A stretch of DNA of 63,725 bases, filler included, from Reticulomyxa filosa (GCA_000512085.1; 17 parts of 17 records of this genome joined end to end with filler, not necessarily neighbours in it); one strand, 5' to 3'; shown: positions 12,691 to 26,317, counted from the first letter of the whole stretch. Notes: generated from the letters alone by a model not told the origin. A program made the numbers and translations.

Positions 12691-13635
12691 TCTTTTAACT
12701 CTTTGACATGTAAGATGAAGAAAAATAATTGAACTTTTTTTCAAGATGGACGAAAGGGTTTGTTAAAATATTTTAATGATATGAAGGAAAGGTTAGACAA
12801 TGTTTATAATTTCTTTTCAATATTTTCATGCCCTTTTTGTAATACAATTTTACAATTAAAAAAACAAACATTATCTTATGTTCAAATGATAATACAATTC
12901 AATATGAGATTAATGTAAAAAAAATGCACATTTTTGTTTTTTACTAAAATAAAAAAATTTTATTCTTTTTTAATTGTAAAAATTTAAAACACATATCACA
13001 ATAGTATCAATAATATTCCTTATACAAATTGTGAATATTCAATAGTCAAAATCCAATTTGTACGTCCATTGCATAACTGGACAATTAAAATACAAATCTT
13101 CAACGTAATTCGTCTGTTAAATTATTATAAAATGAACATCCGCCCGACAACCTCAACCATGTGACAGACCCAAACGAAACGACCCAAAATACTCAATGCT
13201 GCTTGTCATAGCCAGAACTACGAAATTCCTACCAGCTTAGACTCATAAAAAAAGGAAATGGAAAATTTGTATGACACCGAAGAATCGAAGCTGACACATC
13301 CCAACCAAAAACTAAAAATTTTAACTGAGACGTCATTCATGAATCCATAATAGTCATTTCAAAGACGTACTTGGAAGTTGGATACTATAAGACTATACAG
13401 TTGCTTATGTTAATGAGCATTTGTTTGGTGACTACTAACTAAACAAAAAAATGTCGCAAAGAAAGAAAACTCTACTCTAATTCTCACAAGTTTATTGATT
13501 AATTTAAGTTACTGAATAAACCAATTTTTATTTGAATAATTTATTGCCTTGTAAAATAATTGTTATTTTTTTAATATTTTTCCAAAAGAGTTAATTCGCA
13601 TCCTCTCTTTTTAAGAAAAGTTAAAAAGCAACAAC

Positions 13636-13762
13636 ATGGGTAATCGAAACGTAGCTCCCTTTCAACGTTTGAAGGTGTTGCTTCAATTTCTGCAACTCAA
13701 TGCGTGATACACAAACATGAACTCCTCATTTGTGGAGGTTTTGATAAAAGGGTTTATTATTG
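13636..13762 (+). pseudogene. 5' fragment of kelch-like family gene
   Basis: MGNRNVAPFQRLK..(frameshift)..TQCVIHKHELLICGGFDKR; homologous to 44747-44907. Confidence 0.65.
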
Positions 13763-14526
13763 TTTTAATTTACTTGTTTGTTGACAATCAGGCTCTTTGA
13801 GCAAAAAAGCACTTTCGTATTACATTTAGTGCGAACTCTTTTCTGGCTGACGTCTTACATGCGTATGATAATGCAACAGTTGAGCGAGCGCGAATAAACA
13901 TTGCAGTGTGTTTGATAGCTCATAGCAGCGAATGTAGTGAATATTTGAGCACAAAGCGCAATTCAATTAATCGCGAAAATGTCAAATGACCCCATGTTTA
14001 AAAAAGAAAAAAATCTTACATGTCAGAGTTATATCATATTAGTTATATTTCCTGATTCAATTCGTTGAACAAAAAAGAGTAACTCACATGCAAACATAAA
14101 AAACACCAAACTTGGATAAAGCTGTAAGATCATCCAAAATGACACAAAGAAGTAGGAAAAAAGAAAGAAAAAAAGGAGAAAAAAACTACCCAGTTTTTAA
14201 AAAGTCTTTATAAAATGACAAAGAAAGAATAGTCCTATATCTTATAAAAAACGAACAACGAAAAAATGAAAATTTAATGTTTATTTAATTTATTTTCGTT
14301 TTGTGTTGTTATTTTTGGTTTTGCTCGCAACACAAAACACATTAAATACAAGAAACACACAAAAAATAATAATAATAATGTTCTTAAGTTTATGATAATG
14401 AAGATAATAATAACAATCGTAATAAAATAAAATAAGACAAAAGCGTCAAATTTTGAAAGCAAGTTCAAAATCTCCTTCTCCTTGCTTAAAATGCAAATAA
14501 AAATAAAATAAAAAAGAAAATATTAC

Positions 14527-17500
14527 TTAAGTAGAAGACGTATAATTATTTGTGTTAGAGTTGTTTTTATTATTGGCTTTTTCTTCTGCTAATTTTCGGA
14601 CTAATGCCCAATTGGTTCTTCTTCGAGTCTTGATTTTCAGAGAAAAGAAAAAAAACAAACATACAGTACATTGTAAGCAATGTTATTTGTATATAATAAA
14701 AATAACAAATAAAAATAATGATGATAATAATAATAAGTATATTTATTACTGTTGTGACAAAACAAACGAAACTTGTTGTTCGCTTTTTGTCAAGTATCTG
14801 TGTTTGTGTTGGGCGACATCTTTTTCATATTTAGTAATGTTGGAGACCAAGGGCGAGTAGTCGACTTCGTTGATCGTTTCCAAAGTGAACATGATGAAGC
14901 TATCAAAACGGCGGGCGTGCACAGGGGATATGGGATCGATATCAAGGCGGTGTGTGTGCATCGAGGTCGATGTCGGTGTGTGTGCATCATGGTCAGCGCT
15001 GTAGTCATCGCCAGGTGAAGGCGGTTTATGATGAGCACAACCTCTGGAATCGCACGAGTCCAACTCGACAATTCCATGGACATTGATTCTGATCGAGTCA
15101 ATGGTTTTGGCATCGGGGGTATCGGCATGGACAATGGTGCAACGCTGACCTCCTCGAAACGGAAAAGGAGGTAATGTGCCATACGCCAAGGCCAGCGACG
15201 ACGCTTGTTCTGCTTCTTTTTCGCGTGCTTGCTTTCGAGTGAGATATTGCTGCATTTTGTTCCAATACACAATGTCTTTGTTTTGATAGATCTTTTCGGC
15301 TGCCTGACTCGCCTGTCGCAATTGTTGATTGGTCGCGTGTTGGTTTTGGAAAAACGCATCGAGCAAAGGTGGCAAAAACACTTTGCGATCGTAATCCACC
15401 AATTGCTGCATCGACGGCTCTTTCCAAGCCGCAATCGCACGCTCTGCCACGGGTTGGCGCGTCGACAACATGCAATCGATCAACTGGCGAGCGGTCGCCA
15501 CGAGGATGTCGCGATACGACTTGAACTCAAACCCGTCTTGGTGATTGAGCAACACGTTTATTATGTTCACCGCCTCCATTATAAAGATCTCCTCCTTCTG
15601 TGGCGATTGCCTTGGCCAATATCGCAGCAACCCACTTAGCAGCACCACGCCAGCCAAACCGTCTTTTGCGACAAAATTTACACAGCATTGGGTTAATTGT
15701 TCCCAAAACTTTTTCAGCCCACGACACTTTTTTTTTTAAAAAAAAAAATTTTTATTATTTTTTGGTGCCAAAAGAGAAAAAAAAAATGTGCAACGTATAC
15801 AAAAATGTTAAAAAAAAAATTATGCGAAAAACATTGATTTAAAAAAAAAAACTTTATGCAGTGGGACTAGAATGTTTTTCAGAAATTTTTGCCAGGAATC
15901 TTTGACAGGAACAGTGAGCCCAGGGATGATGGAACAGGTAATCTGCAGCATTTCGATGACCCCATTGAAGTGCTCTGGGTCTAATGAGTGTATGATTCGG
16001 TACAAGTATGTGGACATCAAGTCGACAATGTGCGCCCGCAACTTCAAGCAGCGCGCATAGATTTTGTGCAGAATCATCATCAAGTACGACCGTTCTCTCG
16101 TGTCGTCACTTGCAAACAATTCCACTAACTTTTGCAAAAACGATCCTGGCATGTATTTCTATTTTATTTAACAAAAAAAAAAACTTTAACATTTTTGATA
16201 ATGTAACGTATACAAACAAAACAAAACAACAACAAAAAAAAACTTTCAAGGTACCTCCATAATTTGTGGTGTGACATTTGCAGTGCTGATGACTCGCCAC
16301 GTCAAATCGTAAATGAGTTTTAAATGTCGCCATGACGGATCTTCATAAGACGTTTCTTTCTCAAAGAATTCGTCGTGGAAAAACATGAGTGAGGGCGGGC
16401 GATACTGGTATGGCAGAGTGCGGAACAAATTCAAGCTAATTGTTTTTAGACACTCTTCAAACAAGTCCTCTTTATACCACTCTTGTCGCGCCACATATTC
16501 TGACAAGTCAATCAGCAGAAGTTCTTTTTTTTCAATCATGTGCAATTTCACACGAGTCTGTCATTGTTTTGTGGATTTTTGTTTTGTATTTTTATTTATT
16601 AAAAAAAAAAAAAAAAAATACAAAAAGTGTGAAAAAATTCATACTTTGACATGATATTTAACGTTAATATATACGTAATATATACATACATATATAAATA
16701 TATGTTTTTATACATGTTATAAATGTAAAAAGTATAAATGTATGTATACGTACATACATACAAGATCATGAAACTCGCAAATCGCACGACAAAGTCTTAA
16801 TTTCTCCTTGAACACTTGATCTCGTTCCGACTTTTGCGTTTCGATGAGCGGTGGGGAATTTGCTTCGTATAGATCTTTGCGAAGACCTTTGAGCGTGATT
16901 TTGCGCTTTTTTGGTTTGCTAGACAAGATTTCATTGCGCATCAGATTGGTTTTTCCGTCCTTGTCTTCGTACAATGTCAGACAGTGTTGTAATGGCAGAT
17001 ATTCTCTTGCAATCTTTGAGTGCTCGCTGTCGTCGCCATTGCTATCGTTATCATTGTTGTTGTTGTCGTCGTTGTTCTTCTTGTCGCTCGATGAGGAAGA
17101 ATTTGACTTTTCTGAGTCATTCCATCGTATTTTTTTGCCAAACCAAGATACAAACGACTCGCTCGCTTCCTTTCCTTTTGCTTTGGAATCACTGTTGTCG
17201 TTATTCGGTTCCGCGCCCGCGTTGGATGCATTGAAACCATTGAGCGCGATCAAGGCCGAGTCGTTATTGCTATTGCGGAATGAAGCAGAAGAGCGCCCCA
17301 CGCCACTCGAAAACGAGCTTCTTGGCGTGATGTTATGTCTCATGGCTTCTTCCAATTCCTCAATCGTGAATTTTTCCATACTCGTTTGTTTTTGTTTTTT
17401 GTTATTGTCATTGGCTTCATTATTATTATTGTTATTATTATTATTGTTATTATTATTATTGTTATTATTATTATTGTTATTATTATTATTGTTATTATTA

Positions 17501-18761
17501 TTATTATTATTATTTGAAGGATTACTTTCACCATTTTTTTCTTCATGCTTTCCATCATTTGCTTTTTTTTTTTTCCCTCTTGTCCCTCTTTGTTCATTTT
17601 CGATTTTGCCTTCTTCTTCTTCTTCGCATCTTTGGCCACTTTAACGCCGGCTTCCCCTTGCACTTGCGCTTCGGCGTTATTTGTTCCTTCTTCGTCATCA
17701 TCGTCATTGTCATCATCGTTATCATTATCATCGTTATCATTATCATCATTGTCATTGCCATCGTTTTTTTCATGTCCATTCATATCTTGTGAGCCTTGGT
17801 TTGAGTGTGCATATGTACTCTCTTCTTCTTCTTCTTCTTCTTCCTCCTCCTCTTCTTTGTAGACATTCTTATTGGATAAATTGGCGATTCCATTTTGAAT
17901 GTGTCCCTTTTCACCCGCTTCCACTTTGACACCGGTAACAACAATGCTCAGGCCGTTTTCCCTGCCTTTCGCTTTCGTCTTTGAGTTTGGCTCTGCGTCG
18001 TTGCCATTCACATGTACACCCGCACTCGTGTGCGTGACATTGCTGTTGGTCACTGTGTTCGCTGGCGGTGCGCCGTTCTGTCCGCTGCTATTGCCAGCCG
18101 CATTTACTGGTTTTTTTTCTTCGTTCGTTGTTACAGAATCTTCTTCGCTGTCGTTTTCTTATTTTTGCACAAGCACGCTCATATTCACATATACAAATAT
18201 ATGTATATATACATATATATAAAGGGTCCAGAACTCAATTGAGGAAAAAAAAAAAGAGAAGGTAGGCCAAGACACAATTGATTGGTGAACTTATTTTCTT
18301 TGTCAAAACGAAAACACCATGATTGGAACGACATTCAAAGTAGTATTTGTCTCTGACAGTTCCGTTGTTTGCCCCTTGCCGCTCGTCCAACTCCAGTCCA
18401 TACCATACTCCCTTTTCAAAGCAATTGACACACACTCGCTCTTTCTTTTTATTTTTCGAGAACGAAGAAAGAGGGGGGGGGGAAAGAGAAAAAAGGGGGG
18501 AAGAAAAGAGGGGGAAGAAAAGAGGGGAAAGAAGAACGGAAGGGAGAAAATTCTCCCCCCCCCCAAACCAGGTCCAAAAAAAAATTCTCTTTTTTTCTTG
18601 GAACAAAAAAGGAGCACCACATAAGCACACAAAAAAAAAAAAAAAAAAAGAAAACAAAACAGAGTCAAAATGCACAGGTCCAAAGTATCGAATAATACCA
18701 CGCATATTTTTTTCTTGAAAGACAAACTTTGTCTCCGACAGTGAATTTGTATTTCCCGCCA
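14527..18761 (-). CDS. PP2A regulatory subunit B' (B56) with apparent N-terminal CAP-Gly domain; multi-exon, 5' end missing
   Basis: B56 motifs: FKEKLRLCRAICEF, NLFRTLP, EDPSWRHLKLIYDL, LVELFASDDTRERSYL, HFNGVIEMLQI, LVPLHK, LLRYWP. CAP-Gly motifs: VGDKVCL...GIIRYFGPVHF / GVWYGLELDERQGANNGTVRDKYYFECRSNHGVFV. Confidence 0.85.
17419..17514. repeat. (TTATTATTATTG)n trinucleotide-derived repeat encoding poly-Asn on the minus strand
   Basis: Tandem TTA/TTG triplets inside the B56 gene linker. Confidence 0.9.
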
Positions 18762-18891
18762 GCTTTTTTTATTTTTATTATTTGGATATTTTCGTATGTA
18801 GTTGTGTTTGTTATCGTATGCCACTCTCTCTCTCTCTCTCTTAATTGAAAGTGCTTGAGAAACAACAAATAATAATAACAATAATAACGAT

Positions 18892-18991
18892 NNNNNNNNN
18901 NNNNNNNNNNNNNNNNNNNNNNNNNNNNNNNNNNNTTAATTAATTAANNNNNNNNNNNNNNNNNNNNNNNNNNNNNNNNNNNNNNNNNNNN
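18892..18991. other. Artificial contig spacer N44-TTAATTAATTAA-N44 (first of 16; others start at 25477, 28842, 31479, 33475, 41557, 44169, 47573, 49108, 50921, 52100, 54321, 55642, 59261, 61021, 62626)
   Basis: Identical 100-bp structure each time; the 12-mer puts stop codons in all six frames. Confidence 0.98.
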
Positions 18992-19029
<38 letters not shown>

Positions 19030-19033
<4 letters not shown>

Positions 19034-19836
19034 GAGGAGTACGTATTTGCACTCGTCATCCTACTACTATTGACGTCTGTCTCTCGATTTTTATTCTTGT
19101 CATTTGTAAACTCTCTCGTTTCTCCTTTGATCCACAACCACAATATTTTATTCGCCATGCTCTTCTTCCACTTTGCATTCCACTCGATGAAATACAACAT
19201 GGACATCCACTGCTTATTCTTACCACTTCTCTCTCTGTAACTTGTTCTGACTCGGTTTCTGCCGTTGCCGTTTCCATCAATTTCGACCCACATCGACATG
19301 TCAACAATGGTGATACCAATTGGTCTCTTTGAAATGCAAAGTACGATTCCAAACTTTGTGTTGTAAAAAATAATACTGTCAATATTATTTGGAATATCTC
19401 CAACCCACTCACTTTTTTTAATGAGATTAATTCAAACAATATTGGTTTTTCCCATTCTACTACTCGAAATTTCACTTTTTTTGTTTTTATTTTTTCATTT
19501 TTGTAAAAATATATAATATTGTGTTTCCACCTTTTTTCCCCCCGTTCTTTGCTGCAAACATGTGTAGTCCCACCTCCAAACAAAACTTTGAAATGACTGA
19601 CTCTGAAATAATTGCGCTTGAGTGAATACAACGCCAGTGGAAAGCCAATATATACACATATATATCACTCCAAACAACGGGAAATGGCCATTCACATACT
19701 GACGCTTCTGGATTAAAACCTTACACTTTTGCGACTGGCTGCGGACTTCAAAATGATTATAGCAATGAATACACCAAAGTATAATTTGCAAACACCAACA
19801 AATTGCAACAACAGAAATGGACACGGAATACCACAT
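19030..19836 (-). CDS. Partial membrane protein (possibly 7TM-like), uncharacterised
   Basis: Hydrophobic segments MWYSVSISVVAICWCLQIILWCIHC and ILTVLFFTTQSLESYFAF; exon structure unclear. Confidence 0.3.
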
Positions 19837-20380
19837 CGGATAGGAGCAATAACCGATTTTAGAGGATTACTTTGGTCTAAACATTATTCGGAAATTCCCT
19901 TTCTTTCTTTTTTTTTTGTTCGTCTCCGCTAAAGACTTTTATCAGCATGATTTTTTTACAAAAAGCACACTATTTCGTTCTTTTATGTCAAAGCTTATGT
20001 TGGAAATGTGAAACTAGAGATAACTGTTCAAAATATACACTTCTATTTGTACTCTGGTGACTGATGAAAAAAGTTTATGTGTTTTTGATCTGTATTTATT
20101 TAATTTATTTTTCATGTTAACTATTCTACCATCTGCCTGTAGCACGAGACTACGTAATAGTGTATTATAAGTGGCTCCAACACATCCCTTTTCTTGAATT
20201 ATTTTTCTTTTTTACTTCCCAACTCTAGCTTTATTTTAAGGCTCTATTTTTGCCTTTTAGCCATTCCACATGCAATTGTACTTTTTCAATTTCTTTCTGA
20301 CAGAGCTTAACTTTTCATTATGTGTCTAATTCCAATTGTATTTTATCAAGTTCCCTACTTAGATAAACAAACTTATACAG

Positions 20381-20411
20381 AGGTATACCAGTTTTTTTGC
20401 AACCTACTGTA
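20381..20411 (-). mobile_element. Tc1/mariner-type terminal inverted repeat copy (TA-CAGTAGGTTGCAAAAAAACTGGTATACCT)
   Basis: Similar to the end of the decayed Tc1 element at 46109-46139 and to copies at 28820 and 33642. Confidence 0.6.
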
Positions 20412-20739
20412 CTACAACTTTCACATAACTATATAAATATACTATTTTGTATTAACAAGTGACATTGTTCTTTCCAACTATATTTGTCTTTAAAATTTTT
20501 CATTGATAATTTTGATGAGCATTGCCATTTGCTTGTTTTCATATTCCTATTAATTTGTAAATTAATCACTTATTTAGTTCTGCTCTATAGCTAAGAGCAA
20601 CAATAGAATAAAATATGTGATAGCCTAAAAAGTACCGATAAAAATGTTTCAAAGAAAAAATAAAGATACATTAAGTATAAGTATTCTTTGGAGTGGAGCT
20701 TGTTTATTAGTGCTAAAAAAAAGGAGACAAATTAATAAG

Positions 20740-21607
20740 ATGAGCGAGGCACCAACCACTTCTCCTGACAAATTGAAGAAAAGAAGCCTCTTTGGAGGAG
20801 CATTTGAAATAACATTGCCTGAAACTTTTGTAGATTTGAGGTAACACATTTTCTACGCCTAAAAGGTTTCTACGCAAACTTTTTTTTGTCAAACTGGCCT
20901 GATATCCTCTAACTCAAGTGATTTTCGTCAAGTACCTGACAACCAAGAAGTCTATAGTGATGCAAACGCAGATACAAGTGTGATAATTGAAATTGTAGAA
21001 AGAGTTGACGTAAAAGATGAAGACTCAGCAAAATATCATTTCGATGAGATTGCGGAATGTAATGAGTCTGTAGAAACGTCAATAGAAATATCCGGAAATC
21101 TGACAAGCAAAGACCTTGGCTGTGCGTATGTATTGTATTGTTTGTTTCTGTTTTTGTTTGTCAGTTTGCTAAGGAGACAAAAACTAAGGGGTGAGCAAAT
21201 GAACTTCGAAATTGTTTTGGGGGGTATTACAGAGAAAAGTACGTATCAACCTTTGCTGGAGGTGTGCAGAAGGTTGCAAAAGGAAGAGACACAAAAGAAT
21301 TGGCTAATTCGTGGCTATTTTATTGTTTGTATCCGAATCAAAGAGAATGATGCTGATGTTATCATGACTCTAAACGCCCCAATTAAAATTCATGAGAAAA
21401 GGTTTTTTTTTTTGTCATACCTGTTATTTGTGACTTTTTGATTTTTTTTATCAGACCTCAGAAACAACAATTGTTTGTCTGTTGTCAATCACCAGCCAAG
21501 CTGCCAACGCAAAAGAAACAGTGCACGATCCAAAACAAAGCTTTGAGTTTTTTCAGAAAATTATTAAAACTTTTCATATCAAAGATTTATCTCAGCTCTT
21601 TGGATAG
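20740..21607 (+). CDS. MOG1: Mog1/RANGRF Ran guanine nucleotide release factor (4 exons; one probable homopolymer frameshift ~21310)
   Basis: RSLFGGAFEITLPETFVDLS-DFRQVPDNQEVY...SVIIEIVE...AKYHFDEIA...QKVAKGR...IRIKENDADVIMTLNAP...FHIKDLSQLFG. Confidence 0.9.
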
Positions 21608-22160
21608 ATAATGGAACTTGACTCACGTGTGTCTTAATTTTCAGAAATATTAGTTTTAACATTTAAAATAAAGTTAATATTAATAAAAATCCGAGTTTCG
21701 AATAAATTTATTTTTTGATGAAGTTTTCTTTATTTTTTGATCTTGATCGCATGTTTTTCTAGTTTACCAGCATGAACGATTTTAAAATAACACATAAATT
21801 GTATTAGTTACAAATCACATTTTATAAAAAAATTATATTGTAGCAATAGCAGATCTTTTATTATTTTTCTGAAATGGAGCCCAAATGAAAATTTTTGTAC
21901 TGAGTCAAGTTAGCAGTCATTCTTAAGACAAGAATAGATACAAGTGATAATGCAAAATTTGGATTTGTGTACATTCGAGGCAATTGTGTAAAGTATGAAC
22001 ACGCGGAATGTCAAAAGTTTTTCTTTACTCTCAAAACAAATGGCAGGAGGGAAAAAAACCAGTTGTGAGGTTCTCACAACTCAACGACTTGATGATTGAA
22101 AAAGGAAAAATAAACAAAAGCAAAAACAAAATAGAAGCTTGAAACGGAAACCAAGTATTG

Positions 22161-23495
22161 TCACGTTTCCTTTTCCTTATCATTCAAAGACAACAAAGAT
22201 TTGGTACGAAAAGTTATTTGATATTTACAATAATTGGAAGAGGAGCTGGTATTCATGCCAGAATACCCTTTAATTAGGCCGTTTCGGATGGCATTTTCCA
22301 AAGTTTGCAACAAGGAAATCTTGAGATTGACAAACTTTCTGAACATGTCATTTGAAAGAACGTTATCAGTTCCATGAGTTTGAAAATCAGGAATAAAGCG
22401 TAGGGAAACAGATCCAATGAATGGACACCTCTTCCACACATCATACAAGCCTTCATTCAAGCTCTCATGCACTTTACACTCCAATCCGATGTATTCAACC
22501 AACGGACATTGTTTGCTTATCACACTTAGAATCTTTCCATCCATGCACATTGGCTCGTATTGTTTTGCAATATCACCACTATGCACGGCATCTGATTTAT
22601 TCAAAGGCTTTGGATTGAGAGGAGAATTGTCCAATGCAGACGAAAGCAAATGATCTCTGGGGAAGCATTCGATCATTCGCAAGTGATTCAATTGACTGGT
22701 TTTAATGCAATCAATTAACCACTCTTGACTTGCATTGGAAGGTACCCACAATTCTTTCAAATTTTTGGGTAGATGTTTGTGAAAGTCTGTTGTTTTATCC
22801 AAAGGTCGAATATCCGCACATAAGACTTCCACATTTGTGTTGTGCGACAAATAGTCGGACAATACGTTGGCACTCACAAAGCCGTTAATAATTCGAATAC
22901 TTTTGAAATTGTAATAATTTTTGTTTAGATTTTTTTTCATTTTTTGTTTCCATTTTCGTTGAGTTAAATCATCCAATATTTTCACAAACTCGCTCATGTC
23001 CATTGGTTCTTTATTTTTTTCTTCATGAGCACGTGAGGTTAATGTTGTTGTGTTTGCGTTTGCATTGACTGTGTTTGTGTTTGTATTTGTATTTGTTGTT
23101 GTCGTGGTTGTGGTTAGATTATGCTTTTTGGGTTGAGATTGATTGTCATAAATCAGCCAAAGCTCGGTGGGCATGCGCGCAATTTCCAGAATTTTTCTGT
23201 ATAATCCAATGTCATCCTTTGTCACACTAGGCTTCACTTGAACACGTAGAGTGTTGGTACAATGCTGCATGTCGGTCTTGGACTCATCATTTTCCTCGTT
23301 CTTGCCCCTGCCCTTTTGGGAGTTGGCGTTGCTGGGCGAAGAGTCCCGTTTCTTGTTTTTGTCCGCAAACATGCGCACAAATGTGAACATGCCTTGGTTG
23401 CTGATTATATCCAACATACCGCCTAAGAGCGTGAAGCGAGATAGAGATATATGAATAGATTAGATATATACATACATATACATATATATATATAT

Positions 23496-23528
<33 letters not shown>

Positions 23529-25468
23529 GGAGAAGAGAAACAAATGTTAGTCTACAATTGAAGAGGGAGGGACAAAAAAAAAAAAAAAAAGGGGGAAGGG
23601 GGGGTCGTTACCAAGAGGATTAGTATTGCTTCTGATACGCGAGTCGGGAGCGGACAAGTGAAACTTGCCAATGGGCAAGTCAATCAAAGACCACAACTGG
23701 GGCGCCATGGTCAAACACCGAAACTCTCGATTGACAAGTTGTACGCTGCACAGCTTGGTCTTTTGATCCAAAAACTGCAATACGAATAGCCACACTTTGA
23801 TAAACAAAGTGGTCTTAATGTGGTCGCCACTCCAATCATTGCGAGCAATCATTGCAATTGGGAGCCACGTATCTTGCTTTGGAATGCCCCAAAAGAGTTT
23901 TTTGCTAGCCTTGTTGTTCGTGTATTGCATCAGTTGTTGTTGGCGGATTTGTTGTTGGATCTCGAATTGCAGGTTCCATTGCTGTTGCAATTGCGCAGGC
24001 AGCATCAATTGAAACGACGGTAAATAATAGCTGTGACGTGTGTCCGCTTTCAGTACATCCGCCGGCCTTACACACATACTTATCGCACGTCCCGTCCGCG
24101 TTTGTTGTTCCATGACCGTGCCCCGCTCGCCACCGCCGCCACCTGCGTTCACTACCAACTCGTTGCCACTACTTGTCGGTCCGTACTGTTGGCTAAAGCC
24201 TGTTGACAATTTTGTTTGATACGGAGGAGGCGAATTTTCGTCTAATGAGTTTGTCGATGATGCCTTTTTTTTTAAAAAAAAAAAATAATAATAATAATAA
24301 TTATACGTTGAAGAAAGTGTTGTCATGTACAACCGTAAAAACATCACGAACAGAAAAGGGGGGAGAGGGAGGGGAGGATGAAGAAAAAAAAAAAAAAAAA
24401 AAGGGACCAGAAATATGTACGTATGTGTGTATATACATATATATGTATAAAATGCTATGCACATTGATAACATATAAAAAAATAAAAAAATGTTAAACAA
24501 CTTTGTTAGGATCTTAAACTTCATCGTCAGAACCTTTGCCACCCCATCCTGCACCGACGTTGCGCGCTGTTTTGGACTTTACGTTTTCGTTTGCACTCGT
24601 CTTTCTCGATATTGTCGTGGTCGGTGGGGCCTGGCCGTTCACTGTCACACGTATCGTCGGGTTGACGTTCCCGCTCTCTTCCAAAGGTTGGCTCGTTGGA
24701 ATCGACTGATCCACTGTTCTTCTATCGGACTCAGAATCGTCTGTGTCGCTGTAATGAGAAGATATGGTCGATTGCCGGACTATTGGATTGGTTGTAGGGA
24801 CTATCTCTCCGCTGTTCATTGCCGCATTATCATTTCCTATGTCTGGTGGCTTGTCAGGATCTGTGGCGGCTCGGCGGCGCTTGGCCAGCTCTTCATAACC
24901 CAGCTTTCTTTTCCAGTCGTATAATATGCTCCAATAGTCCGACTTCATTGACGGGTTTTGCAGCAAGTGCGTTATGAATTGCTTCAACAAGTAACGGAAT
25001 AATGGAATGGATGTTTCTGAATCTTGGACACAGGACATGATTTGATCATCATTGGCCTCGTCCACCAACGTGTGTAATTGTGCGCAGGTTAAAACATTCA
25101 TGGTTTTTTTGATTGGAGACACGAACAAAGGACACCGCGCGCAAGAAAAAGTGTTCTGGTATCTCATTCGACTATTTTTTCAATTTCTTTTTACATTGTG
25201 TCACCAATGAATTAAACACAAAATCTTCTTGTCCAGTTAATCGATTGTACGAGACCAAGCAAAATTTCAATGTGCTTATTGCCATGGACACGACCGTTTC
25301 GGCATCAGTATGCAATAGACTTACCATTGCCTCAATAAACCCATTATCCACCAGAAGCATAAGTTGTGGTAGTGTTGATGAACAAACGGCATTGGATAAG
25401 CACCAACCAGCCTCCTTGCAAACATTTATATCAGGATGACTACATAATCTTATCACTTTCCTGTTCAA
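22161..25468 (-). CDS. Importin-alpha-like ARM repeats, F-box and LRR-like C-terminus, probably one multi-exon gene, 5' end missing
   Basis: VCKEAGWCLSNAV...LVDNGFIEAMVSLL (importin-alpha ARM); VWLFVLQFLDQKTKLCSVQLVNREFRCLTMAPQLWSLIDL (F-box); LPKNLKELWV, ISKQCPLVEYIGL, VWKRCPFIGSVSL (LRR-like). Confidence 0.65.
23455..23527. repeat. Intronic (TA)n/(GATA)n microsatellite
   Basis: Direct inspection. Confidence 0.9.
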
Positions 25469-25576
25469 ATATATATNNNNNNNNNNNNNNNNNNNNNNNN
25501 NNNNNNNNNNNNNNNNNNNNTTAATTAATTAANNNNNNNNNNNNNNNNNNNNNNNNNNNNNNNNNNNNNNNNNNNN

Positions 25577-25615
<39 letters not shown>

Positions 25616-25616
25616 G

Positions 25617-26277
25617 CAATTGAATATGGGATTTATGCTGTGTCGCGGATTGGAAAACATTCCATTTGGCAAAATGAAATCCAACAATGTGACTCTCGAT
25701 ACGACATGCGAACATCATCCTTCTCCGGCAGGCAGTGAAATAATTGACGTATGGTGGCTGCTGGATGATGGAGGCTTGTCATTGCTGGTACCGCACATAT
25801 TAAGCGTGGATCGCTTTTGGAAGAAATGGAGTGAGTTGAGTGCGCGGGAAGAAGAAGAAGAAGAAGAAGAAAAAGAGAAAAAAGGTGATGGCGAACAACT
25901 CGAAGACAAGGATAACGAAATAAAACCCAGAAAAGGGAAAAACAACAAAGCTCCGAAACGCCTAAAGCACATCATTCGCCTGTTTTTAGTTGCAGATGCC
26001 AACATTGGTAAAGAGGCTCCAAAGACGGAGGACTCTGAAACAAAGCACGCGAGTGTGCTAACCTTTCCATTTTATCATCGCAAGCCCGAGAAAAATAACT
26101 TGGAGGCCGTGGTCTCCACGTTGACACCTAGGAGTGCACAGGTACACATTGAAGAGGTTTCCAGGATTACTTCGCAAGGATTGGTCGATCAGGAGACATT
26201 GAGAAATGTCGAAGATGCAACAGGTTTGAGAAGAAGAGGAAAGGGGGAGGGATTATTTTTAAGTTATCAATTCCTAT

Positions 26278-26317
<40 letters not shown>

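Noticed and set aside
13780-13995. Possible structured RNA or zinc-finger remnant
   Set aside because: Only short scattered pairings and no complete motif on either strand.
16844-17929. Long poly-Leu/poly-Ile ORFs on the plus strand (similar ones at 40938-41373)
   Set aside because: Antisense shadows of poly-Asn/Thr/Glu coding repeats.
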